From a virus (taxonomy: Duplodnaviria > Caudoviricetes), in IMG/VR virus record IMGVR_UViG_3300023048_000001, positions 96,001 through 160,000 of that record: a stretch of DNA of 64,000 bases; one strand, 5' to 3'. Positions 22,173-30,621 of this stretch are shown here, one piece after another (position 1 is the first letter of the stretch; each line of letters opens with the position of its first letter). The notes below the pieces were generated by a model. It searched no databases. It saw only the letters and a program-made list of their open reading frames with translations, and was not told the origin of the DNA. Both the position numbers and the translations under genes were made by a program.

Positions 22173-22571
22173 ATGGTTTGTAAAGTTATCGTTAAGCCAT
22201 TGTTAGCTGTTGAGCAACCGGTCATTGACCAGTTTCGTCTACACAATCATGGCTATGAAGAAGGTAGGATGCTGGAAGCCATTGACTTTGCTTACAATGA
22301 AAGGAACCTTGGCGAGGATGACAATAGAGTATACCGGGCAGTGACCGCTGGTTACATTCTGGATGATGGTGAGTTACATTCATGGGGTCTGATATACGAG
22401 TTGTATGAGTCCCGTGGGGTGTATTCCTATCACATGGATGTATACACGGTACCCAAGGCCAGAGGGATGGGTTACGGTACACTGATAGTGAAGACCCTCA
22501 AGCAATTACATGATGGCTACATCTATACGTACAAGGCACATTCTTCGATCTACACCAGACTAGGGATGTAA
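22173..22571 (+). CDS. GNAT-family acetyltransferase
   Basis: VYTVPKARGMGYG acetyl-CoA binding motif. Confidence 0.75.
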   Translation: MVCKVIVKPLLAVEQPVIDQFRLHNHGYEEGRMLEAIDFAYNERNLGEDDNRVYRAVTAGYILDDGELHSWGLIYELYESRGVYSYHMDVYTVPKARGMGYGTLIVKTLKQLHDGYIYTYKAHSSIYTRLGM

Positions 22572-22595
22572 TTAAGTCCTTACGCTTGCGTAACC
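22570..22595 (+). repeat. Repeat B copy 2
   Basis: AATTAAGTCC-TTACGC-TT-GCGTAA-CC overlapping the GNAT stop codon. Confidence 0.8.
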
Positions 22596-22622
22596 ATAAA
22601 GGCCCCTACAGGGGCCTTTGTT

Positions 22623-22982
22623 TTATGCGAGGATTGAGAGTGGATGAGTCTCGACTTCTACCGCATTGTTGAATTTAAATGCCACTTGTCCAATGGACAC
22701 TGGTTCAACTATCTTAATCTTAAAGATTTTAACAACATAGCCATACTTCTGCAACAGTTCAATCATCCCCTGATTGAACCATGTACGTAATGCTTCCATG
22801 CTATCACATCCAAAGTGATATTCAGGAGCAATCAACCTATGTGGTGGTGCTGGATGAGAGTCAGCCTTAAGGTGTTCATGGATGATATCGCAATACGCTG
22901 CATCATCACTATAACTCATATCTAGGCCCTTCATGGAGAACGGACCCACACCGGACGGAGTTTCAACACGGTAGACAAGCAT
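22623..22982 (-). CDS. hypothetical protein, YRVE..GPF family (paralog of 40131-40451 and 40742-41107)
   Basis: Shared YR(V/L/I)E..SG.GPF and Q(V/I)AF motifs. Confidence 0.7.
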   Translation of the reverse strand: MLVYRVETPSGVGPFSMKGLDMSYSDDAAYCDIIHEHLKADSHPAPPHRLIAPEYHFGCDSMEALRTWFNQGMIELLQKYGYVVKIFKIKIVEPVSIGQVAFKFNNAVEVETHPLSILA

Positions 22983-22996
22983 GGGTCCAATAATCC

Positions 22997-23293
22997 TTAA
23001 GCAGCCGTGGCAACAGTCTTGGCAGCAATCTTACGGGCAGTAGCCTCGTTGGTGCGACGGATGGCACGGTTCAGTGCATCACGCAGAGCGGTGGCACGCT
23101 TGACGTTGGTGACCAGCGTCAGCGGACCCGTACCCTGACTATAAGCATTGATTCCGGCTTCTGCAAGAATCTGTGCAACTTCGTTACGCGACTGGATGGT
23201 GCCCTCGTAGGTACGAGCCTCAGCCTGCGAATCGAACAGCTTGCCGTCAGAGGTTTCGAACTTGGTAACAGCCTTGATGGAGGTAATAGCCAT
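22997..23293 (-). CDS. hypothetical protein
   Basis: FETSDGKLF motif; AGGA SD. Confidence 0.75.
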   Translation of the reverse strand: MAITSIKAVTKFETSDGKLFDSQAEARTYEGTIQSRNEVAQILAEAGINAYSQGTGPLTLVTNVKRATALRDALNRAIRRTNEATARKIAAKTVATAA

Positions 23294-23483
23294 GGTGTTA
23301 TGTCCTGTTAAATAGTGTGTTTGATGATGTAGAAAATGGCAAAACCTTGGAAAATCAGGTAAATAACCATTAAAAATTGATAAAAACGCTTAAAAATCAA
23401 CGATTTAGGGTCATTTTCAGCGTATTTTGGCATCGAAAAGGCCAAAAACAACCCCAAAAACCCGAAAATTATGATCAATGTGG

Positions 23484-24485
23484 TCATGTGTGTAGGAGTT
23501 CGTGTGCCTGACGATGGAGATAATTTACGTCATCTTCACTGAGGTTGTCAACTAATTTAATTGTTCCATTGAGGATATTTTCAGAAACTTTGTGTATGAA
23601 GGTCAAATCTGCCTTGGATACGACCTCACGGTAATTATTTAAAGCAAAATCTCTGAACCATCCTGAGGTGAGAGTGGTACAAACACGTTCCAGTGCCTTG
23701 TGGAAGGCCTTTGAGACGTCTCTCTCACCATTTAAAAGATATCTCTCAGTGGCTATCACGTAACTCTCTTCTAGTACGCAACAGATTTGCTGATGGTGAG
23801 TCAGGTCATCCCACTTTCTCTTTAAACATAATGCCATTTCAAGATCATCCTTCATCTTTTCATAGATGGGACGGTCCTCATGCTTCACGGCTTCATGGAT
23901 ATCATCGTGAATGACGAAATATCTCACGCTGTAGTGCTTGTCACTGAAGAATTCAGAATTGGTCATGTTCAGCTTGGGAGTAGACTTACGTCTCACACGG
24001 TTGGTCGTCTCCTTCTTACGTAGCTGGGCATACCTCAGGTCCATCTTTAACTTATTCTCAGACACGTATGCCTGTAGGTCTAGGTAGTCCTGTACATTCT
24101 TAGCAAAATGGATAGGGTGATTGATGTGGGCTCGCTTAGTAGCGAACAGGTCAGCGATGGGGAGGGCTTCAAAGGTGTTGTTGAAATCATCATCCACCAA
24201 AGGACCAAGCATCGTTCCACGGTTGTAGATGTATTCTACCGAGGGAAGGAGGTTGTTTTCAATTTCATAGTGAACCTTGCGCTCACCATAGAGGTCTAGT
24301 ATTACACTGACCTTGTACTCAGACTTACTTTTAAACTTAATGACATGGGAGCTAACACGCTCATACCATGCATCATATTCATCGGTAGACATAAAAACGT
24401 CAAAGTCCGCTCGTGCTAGACGGGCAGACTCGACTTTAATCTTATTGTGTGCAGCTAATGCACGAGAGCCAATAATGTACATCAC
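23484..24485 (-). CDS. putative nucleotidyltransferase-fold protein
   Basis: N-terminal IIGSRA...DFDV Pol-beta-type motif; C-terminal HDDIH / TSGWFRDFA phage domain. Confidence 0.6.
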   Translation of the reverse strand: MMYIIGSRALAAHNKIKVESARLARADFDVFMSTDEYDAWYERVSSHVIKFKSKSEYKVSVILDLYGERKVHYEIENNLLPSVEYIYNRGTMLGPLVDDDFNNTFEALPIADLFATKRAHINHPIHFAKNVQDYLDLQAYVSENKLKMDLRYAQLRKKETTNRVRRKSTPKLNMTNSEFFSDKHYSVRYFVIHDDIHEAVKHEDRPIYEKMKDDLEMALCLKRKWDDLTHHQQICCVLEESYVIATERYLLNGERDVSKAFHKALERVCTTLTSGWFRDFALNNYREVVSKADLTFIHKVSENILNGTIKLVDNLSEDDVNYLHRQAHELLHT

Positions 24486-24530
24486 AAATCCTAAATGATG
24501 TACACATTCTATTGACTAGCTGTGTTTAAA

Positions 24531-24857
24531 TCAAACTGGCGGGTTGAAATGGATATCCGGCCAGATGACGTAGGTCTTGTCTTCATTGATGATGATACCA
24601 CCCATGAGGCCATGACGTGCGGCAATCTCAAGGATTTGTGCCGGGGAACCTTCCATTGCCCAGCAACGCGGCTGCGCCATGTGGAAGCTGAAACCCTTCT
24701 TGACAACCGTAGCACAAACTGTCTGCTCTTCGATATGATCGAACAGAGCCTTCAGGTCTTCATGCGAATCACCACGGCTATAAGACGCCAGATTCACTGA
24801 CAACTCACGATTCGATCCGTTGTAGGATTGAATCATCTTTTCGATAAGGGGATGCAT
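24531..24857 (-). CDS. hypothetical protein
   Basis: ORF with GAGGA SD. Confidence 0.75.
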   Translation of the reverse strand: MHPLIEKMIQSYNGSNRELSVNLASYSRGDSHEDLKALFDHIEEQTVCATVVKKGFSFHMAQPRCWAMEGSPAQILEIAARHGLMGGIIINEDKTYVIWPDIHFNPPV

Positions 24858-24866
24858 GATGGTTCC

Positions 24867-25502
24867 TCAGAGTGATGCAACGTTGAGTTTGGGAAGCATT
24901 GCCTTTGACCAACGATAGAACATGTGCCGTCCTACCCGAGCGATGAGCTTGTAATTCTTGTCCTTAGCCCAATAAGGTTTAACATATTCAGCATGGTAGT
25001 GCGTCATGCCATCGATGTCAATCTTCTTGGAAGGCTTTAACGCACCAAGCATGACCAGCTTTGCGATAGTATATGACTGTTCCCATTCCGCTGCAACAGC
25101 ATCGTTCGTGAAATCAATATCATGGTTCTCACCATCGCATACCCATGAGAATGAACACTTGGCCTTGATGAGGTTACCATGACTGTCTGTGTTGGCCTGA
25201 TTGACCACACCACAGATGGTGGAAGGGAAGTGGGGAGACATGGTGCGTTCCAGTACAACGGTGGCAACCATCACCTTTCCATTTGCATCCTCACCACGCG
25301 ATTCAAAGAATACGTTTTGAGCCATGCAATCCAATTGCACCATATCCAACATCTGAATAGGTTTAACAGTGTTGGGTGGAATCGCAACGGCTATATGTGA
25401 CCGTGGCCGAACGATTGCGTATTCCCACAATGCTGCAATCATTAGTGAAGCAAATAACCCGAAGCTTACCCAAGCCATGAAAGAACACAGGCGAGTTCGC
25501 AT
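24867..25502 (-). CDS. cell wall hydrolase (SleB / Hydrolase_2 family) with N-terminal TM segment
   Basis: CMAQNVFFESRGE, FPSTICGVV, FSW, THYHA..V.PYW and GRHMFY motifs. Confidence 0.85.
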   Translation of the reverse strand: MRTRLCSFMAWVSFGLFASLMIAALWEYAIVRPRSHIAVAIPPNTVKPIQMLDMVQLDCMAQNVFFESRGEDANGKVMVATVVLERTMSPHFPSTICGVVNQANTDSHGNLIKAKCSFSWVCDGENHDIDFTNDAVAAEWEQSYTIAKLVMLGALKPSKKIDIDGMTHYHAEYVKPYWAKDKNYKLIARVGRHMFYRWSKAMLPKLNVASL

Positions 25503-25548
25503 CTCTACTCCTTGTTGAGTCAGTGGGGTAATGATACGGTTATATAAT

Positions 25549-25902
25549 TTAAATGTCAATAGCTGGGAAGCGAGCCATAGCAGTAGGGACACCACCCAAT
25601 GCACGAGTGGCTTCCTTCCATTCTTTACCATGGATGTATCGTGCATAAGGGAACATGATCCCCTGAACGATATGTGCTATTTCGTGAGGAATGATTTCCT
25701 GTATCACGTAATCCCGGTTCATACGTGCATAGGCTGGATTGATGTAGACGACATTGATGTTCTGGTCAGCCAGACCTACATAGTCATCACCAATATCTTC
25801 AATTCTGAGCTTGATGTTATACATGTCAAGATCAGGCCACAGAAGCTTCGCCTTGGCTAGGCAACGATTGAATGCAATATGCAGTGCGGGATAGAGTTCC
25901 AT
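25549..25902 (-). CDS. SprT-like zinc metalloprotease
   Basis: HEIAH and HGKEWK motifs. Confidence 0.8.
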   Translation of the reverse strand: MELYPALHIAFNRCLAKAKLLWPDLDMYNIKLRIEDIGDDYVGLADQNINVVYINPAYARMNRDYVIQEIIPHEIAHIVQGIMFPYARYIHGKEWKEATRALGGVPTAMARFPAIDI

Positions 25903-25973
25903 GGTAAAAGAATATCCGATTTAAATTATACGGTCAAGCCTTTCACCAAAATCTTCAAAGTCGAGAAGGCATA

Positions 25974-26024
25974 TCCCCCAGCCACAACCTATTTTATCAT
26001 ATCTATTCTGAACGTAGGCTGAAC
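25974..26024 (-). promoter_or_regulatory. Repeat A copy 12 (reverse), PhoP-box-like variant
   Basis: GTTCAG-N5-GTTCAG...TGA-TAAAAT-AGGTTGTGGCTGGGGGA. Confidence 0.7.
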
Positions 26025-26122
26025 AGATCAATATCGTTTAGATTCGGTTCATATGTTAACGGCATAATGACTTCTGTGAATTTGGCATCAACGTTTGAGC
26101 ATCATATAACAGGTTGTTAAGA

Positions 26123-26509
26123 ATGAGTTACGTAATCGTCTATAGTGAACCACTTGAGTCAATTAGTTCGGAAATGCGCAAAGAGCTTTACACACTGAAC
26201 TCTGGTACCAATGGAAGGATGCAATGCAACCTTGCATATTACGGTACACAGAATGCTCGCATGCAAAATGCTACAGTGTTCTATATCCTCAAAAGGAATA
26301 AAGTCGTTTCATGGGCAGTTGTGTATAATCCAACTCTTTACCCAAATCGATTCTCCAAGAAATTTGAAATGGATATCTTCACCCGTAAGTCAGCCCGTGG
26401 TAATGGCTATGGAACTGCTGTTGCGGAAACAGTGAGAGATGCATTTAAAGGTAAACTCATTCATGCGTGTAAGGGCATGACATCAGTCTATAGACGTGCT
26501 GGTATTTAA
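26123..26509 (+). CDS. GNAT-family acetyltransferase
   Basis: IFTRKSARGNGYG motif; paralog of 22173-22571. Confidence 0.75.
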   Translation: MSYVIVYSEPLESISSEMRKELYTLNSGTNGRMQCNLAYYGTQNARMQNATVFYILKRNKVVSWAVVYNPTLYPNRFSKKFEMDIFTRKSARGNGYGTAVAETVRDAFKGKLIHACKGMTSVYRRAGI

Positions 26510-26527
26510 GTCCTTACGCTTGCGTAA
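26504..26527 (+). repeat. Repeat B copy 3
   Basis: ATTTAAGTCC-TTACGC-TT-GCGTAA overlapping the GNAT stop codon. Confidence 0.8.
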
Positions 26528-26554
26528 TGTAGAGGTGTATGGTACAGTCCTAGC

Positions 26555-27058
26555 ATGGACACTATTATCTTCTTTGATCTTGAAAATACTCTCATATGGG
26601 ATTGGACGGATAACCGCGATCCCATGTGGCTAAAGCACCCTGAAATCACCGAGTGGATTTTCGCTCAAGGTGATTTCCGTGCTGGTCTCTTTTCATGGGC
26701 TATCTGGAATCCTAAAGATATAGCCGAGTTCAGTGAAGAGGGTGGAGTCCGTGAAGCCATCGAAACAACCCACCAGTTTCAATTTGAGGATGATCTAATC
26801 ATCACTCGTGGAATGCTGGGTGACCGCTTCAGGAAATGGTTTAAAACTATGCCTTGGGTCTCTGACGATGATTGGTTTGAGTTCTTCAAGAAGCGCCAGA
26901 CCATCCAAGAGCTATGGCTCCATGAATTCAATCAGCCGAACACTCGTGTTGTTCTATTGGATGACACTGTAGAGAACGTGACTATGATTAATAATAGTGT
27001 CGAGAACAACCGTCTAGAGTTGATCGACCCATGGACCTTTAAGGGAATGTTTAAATGA
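26555..27058 (+). CDS. HAD-superfamily phosphatase-like protein
   Basis: N-terminal FFDLENT (DxE variant of DxD) and C-terminal LLDD. Confidence 0.6.
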   Translation: MDTIIFFDLENTLIWDWTDNRDPMWLKHPEITEWIFAQGDFRAGLFSWAIWNPKDIAEFSEEGGVREAIETTHQFQFEDDLIITRGMLGDRFRKWFKTMPWVSDDDWFEFFKKRQTIQELWLHEFNQPNTRVVLLDDTVENVTMINNSVENNRLELIDPWTFKGMFK

Positions 27059-27378
27059 CAATGCGTTTCTTCGCTATCCAATGCACTGCTTGCAATGATG
27101 TGCTAATCAGCCGTGCAGGCCATGACTTCAACCGCTGCTCATGTGAGGACATGCTATTCATCGATGGAAACAGTTCCCTGTCAGGTGATGGCTACTATCG
27201 TGTGGGTTACAACATCACTGAAGCTCGTCCTAGTGTCAATGTCATGTATGTCGATCTTCCCATTACACCAAGGGAAGCTTACGATGACTGGAACAAAAGA
27301 ATTGATAAGTGGAAGAAAATCGATATTACTAAGTATCCACCTATCGAAATTCCCAAAGAATCTGACAAGAATAAATAG
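27055..27378 (+). CDS. zinc-binding phage protein
   Basis: CTAC...HDF..CSC..IDG motif. Confidence 0.7.
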   Translation: MTMRFFAIQCTACNDVLISRAGHDFNRCSCEDMLFIDGNSSLSGDGYYRVGYNITEARPSVNVMYVDLPITPREAYDDWNKRIDKWKKIDITKYPPIEIPKESDKNK

Positions 27379-27398
27379 ATCAAACATTAGGTAATAAC

Positions 27399-27731
27399 AT
27401 GACAGCACACGTTTCAAGTACTCAAATCCTCGATCATATTAAAACTGCTACCTCTATCTCTGTAGAAGGTAAGGTCTTTGATAAGATCACTGTAACAGAT
27501 ACAAAGGTATCAATCGGTCCTTATACCTTCCTCATTGATCATTTTGATATTGGTGGTCTGTCTCCACAGACTATCGTACTCATGGATACTGATGGTGAGT
27601 ATAGACATCTTATGCTCCTAGGTGAGGATGATACCCGTCTCGATCATCCTGATTGGTCCATTGAACAATATAACCCTGAAAAGATTCGCAATCATCACCT
27701 CCTACCAAAGGGTGACAAGAAGACCAAATAA
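27399..27731 (+). CDS. hypothetical protein
   Basis: ORF in plus-strand operon. Confidence 0.7.
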   Translation: MTAHVSSTQILDHIKTATSISVEGKVFDKITVTDTKVSIGPYTFLIDHFDIGGLSPQTIVLMDTDGEYRHLMLLGEDDTRLDHPDWSIEQYNPEKIRNHHLLPKGDKKTK

Positions 27732-27770
27732 GGTTTGACAGGAAGTTATAAAACATCTAATATTTGTCTC

Positions 27771-27899
27771 GTGGTCAACAACATGTAACTCACCGCTAGG
27801 GCGGATATATTCACCAGTAATATATGAAGGTGCGATCCCTTGAGACAGCGTTAGACGTTCTATATGAGGGTGCGATTCCTTCCTGTTGTTGTGAAGCCA
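27771..27899 (+). ncRNA. candidate structured RNA with two T-arm-like hairpins
   Basis: Follows TTGACA-N17-TAATAT (27735); closing stem CAACAACA/TGTTGTTG; two TATATGARGGTGCGATYCCTT units. Confidence 0.55.
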
Positions 27900-28008
27900 A
27901 AGTTACGGTGAAAAGTGATGCATAAGCCAAGCGTGCGTGTGCAAACATCTGATCCATTTTTCTAGAGAATGAAATCTAGCCGTAGCGGTACTAAATTTAG
28001 AATAATAT

Positions 28009-28093
28009 GCCACTATGGCGGAATAGGTAGACGCAGCAGACTTAAAATCTGCCGCCCTTGGGCGTCCGGGTTCGATTCCCGGTGGTGGTACCA
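28009..28093 (+). tRNA. tRNA-Leu(TAA)
   Basis: Class II cloverleaf, GCAGA-CTTAAAA-TCTGC, CCA. Confidence 0.95.
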
Positions 28094-28110
28094 TATTATT
28101 CAAACAGTTT

Positions 28111-28238
28111 GATCCCTTAGCTCAGTGGTCTGATGGAAGAACAATCATTCTTAGTGTAATCAGAATGACCTTCGGAAGTCTTAGAGCGGAGAACTCTAAA
28201 TCCTCGCGTCGTGGGTTCGAATCCCACAGGGATCGCCA
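28111..28238 (+). tRNA. amber suppressor tRNA (CTA) with ~50-nt D-loop insertion
   Basis: GATCCCT/AGGGATC acceptor, GCTC/GAGC D-stem, anticodon loop CTCTAAA, T-arm GTGGG-TTCGAAT-CCCAC, G-CCA. Confidence 0.8.
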
Positions 28239-28372
28239 AATTGATGTAGTTGCAGTGAGACACACTCCTGTAATTTAAGTAGGCAAGAATGCAGTGACTT
28301 AATACTTCTTTTTAGTGTGTATAACACAAAAGCCCTTGACGATTGTTAAGGGCTTTCTTTTTGGAAAATATA

Positions 28373-29582
28373 ATGGAACTTCTAATCAACATCTTATTCG
28401 TCCTCCACTTCGGCTATCATGCCGCTGCTACCATTGGTGGAGTCTGGTCCCTTCTACATAGCCACAATGCTCACAAACGTAGCTGGTGGAAGATTGCCCT
28501 AGCTTTTGTATGGCTCGCTTTGAGTATCTTGCTACTCGTTGTCAGCCATGATAAACTCCATCATCACGAGGACGAATGCAATCATGTTCAAACTATTCAA
28601 GAAAAAGCCTGAACCTTTCATCCATCACGATCTGTACAAAAACGCAATCAAAGCTATTGATGAGCTTTTCAAGGATATGCTCAATGATGATGCCAAGATG
28701 CGTAAGCTTTACCTATTCCATTATGGTGAAGCGCCAGCCACAGAACTTCATGCCACCTTCGCAGCTACCCTAGTCCATAACCTCTACAATAGGGTTAGCC
28801 TAGAGCTTCCAACTAAGTTTAAAGAGAAACACGATACCTTTACATCCACTCTGGAATTCTGTTATACTCCTTATCTTGAAACAGGTGCAGTACTGGTCGA
28901 ACTCAAGATCGCCACACTGTTACTCTGGAAAGCAACAGAACATCATCATAAAGATTGGACTACCTATGAAGAAGCAAACCCACAAACCTAAAATTAATAA
29001 CCTTGTGGCGAAACATGCCATGAAGGTGAACAAGGCTGCGGTCATGCGTGATCGTAAGAATGACTATAACCGTACCGACAAACATAAGAAGGGAGAAGGT
29101 GATGAGTAATTTCTTTAATTGGTACTTCGTTATCGGTGGTACTCTCTCACTTGCTCTCGTAATTGCATATATGTTCAATCCGGGAATGATCGATCCTCGA
29201 CTACTCATCGTGACCAACTCATTTGCTGTTGCTGGTCTCGGATTCCGTATAGCTTATGATCATTATCACCCTGAAGCGTCAAAGCATTGACATTTGTGAT
29301 TTTAAAGCATATTATACTTGCACCTAATATAAACATCGAAGGATGCAATAAAAACCAATGAGTAATGCGAAAAATCTTCAGGCTCAAATTCAGAAGCTCA
29401 GTAAGGATTTGGTTGAAGCAGAACATAACCTGAATCAGGCTGAATCCAATCCTGATACCGATGAAGCTACTATGCTGGAACTTGAAGATATCGTACAAGA
29501 TGTTCAGGATGCCCTCTATGATGCTCAGGAAGAACTCGATAGACTCTATGCTCCCGATGCCTACTACGATGATAACTATTAA
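28373..29582 (+). other. Plus-strand small genes: 28373-28612 (membrane), 28584-28991, 28966-29109 (basic), 29102-29290 (membrane), 29358-29582 (acidic coiled coil)
   Basis: Overlapping ORFs with SD sites; terminator at ~29608-29632. Confidence 0.75.
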
Positions 29583-29703
29583 TCAATAACTCATCTAGTA
29601 ATGAATAGACCCGCTTCGGCGGGTTTTCTTTTGCCCATCATTTGAACATACAAAGAAAAAGGCCACCCGAAGATGACCTTTCATTATAACTTAACCTAAT
29701 ACC

Positions 29704-29955
29704 TTAGACTTCAGATTCTTGCTCTGCCTTCTCACTCAAAGCTTTCTGATCCTCACGGCCTTCCCACATAGAAAAGACACCATAAACCATGACTGCAAAC
29801 ATCAAAATCCAGAAATCCAATAAATCAACAGTGACACCATGACGATGCATTACGTTAAACATCAATGACAGACCCACATACTGCAAGACCTGATAGAACT
29901 TAATGTTCTCCTTCACCCAATCCTTAATCTTTGTCCACATGTATATACACTCCAA
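29704..29955 (-). CDS. small membrane protein
   Basis: Two hydrophobic segments. Confidence 0.65.
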   Translation of the reverse strand: MECIYMWTKIKDWVKENIKFYQVLQYVGLSLMFNVMHRHGVTVDLLDFWILMFAVMVYGVFSMWEGREDQKALSEKAEQESEV

Positions 29956-30028
29956 AAGTAATGTATATATTGTATCCTCTTAACAAACAAAAAGAAAGGG
30001 TCGTTTTCACGACCCTTTCATGGGTAAT

Positions 30029-30481
30029 TCAATATTCTGTTCCTTCGCACACTAACCCCCACTTATAACGTAACCCTCTCAGGTTCTTACCCAAATCCTC
30101 AAGGAAGTATCTCTTCTCCTGCCGTATACTGTCATGCACCATCTGCAAATCTTGAAGAAATTCACACCTCATCTTCAAAAACTTCGCATCAATGTCATCC
30201 CGTACATCCAAATGATCCATGTAATGCTGCACCAGATAACACACCGATGTATGGTTACCCCTGTCCATTTCCGGTAAATATAAAGGGTCAGGCATGATCA
30301 TCCCTATCGTATCCCTACACCCTCCCTCTCCCCTGTAACTACATCTGATTATCTGTAATTGATGATCGAAGGTCGTACTCTTCCTACCCTGCTCAACCAT
30401 CCGTATCTCAACATATTCTAAAACTATCTCTTCATTGATATAACCATTAAGATATTCTGATATACCTATCGTTGACATCAT
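30029..30481 (-). CDS. hypothetical protein (family of 43927-44382 and 44392-44841)
   Basis: YVE...VEQG, C.Y, Q..HD shared motifs. Confidence 0.7.
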   Translation of the reverse strand: MMSTIGISEYLNGYINEEIVLEYVEIRMVEQGRKSTTFDHQLQIIRCSYRGEGGCRDTIGMIMPDPLYLPEMDRGNHTSVCYLVQHYMDHLDVRDDIDAKFLKMRCEFLQDLQMVHDSIRQEKRYFLEDLGKNLRGLRYKWGLVCEGTEY

Positions 30482-30569
30482 TCCTCTCCCTAAAGATTAG
30501 ACTCCTGCCATCCTCAATATAACCCATCCATACCACAAGTGTCAATCAACACAAAAATGTGACTGCCAT

Positions 30570-30621
30570 TCTCCCCGCCTCCATCCTATTTTATCATATC
30601 CAACCTGAACCTAACCTGAAC
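30570..30621 (-). promoter_or_regulatory. Repeat A copy 13 (reverse), PhoP-box-like variant
   Basis: GTTCAG-N5-GTTCAG...TGA-TAAAAT-AGGATGGAGGCGGGGAGA. Confidence 0.7.

Noticed and set aside
28130-28180. D-loop insertion as a hammerhead ribozyme
   Set aside because: It has CUGAUG but lacks the following A and the GAAA core (reads GGAA), and there is no convincing stem I or III.
28239-28320. HDV-like theta ribozyme after the suppressor tRNA
   Set aside because: There is no room for P3/L3 or P1.1 in the required order; kept only as a generic pseudoknot.
669-30621. Repeat A as a CRISPR array
   Set aside because: Copies are 0.5-5 kb apart, separated by genes, degenerate and in both orientations; no cas genes are present.
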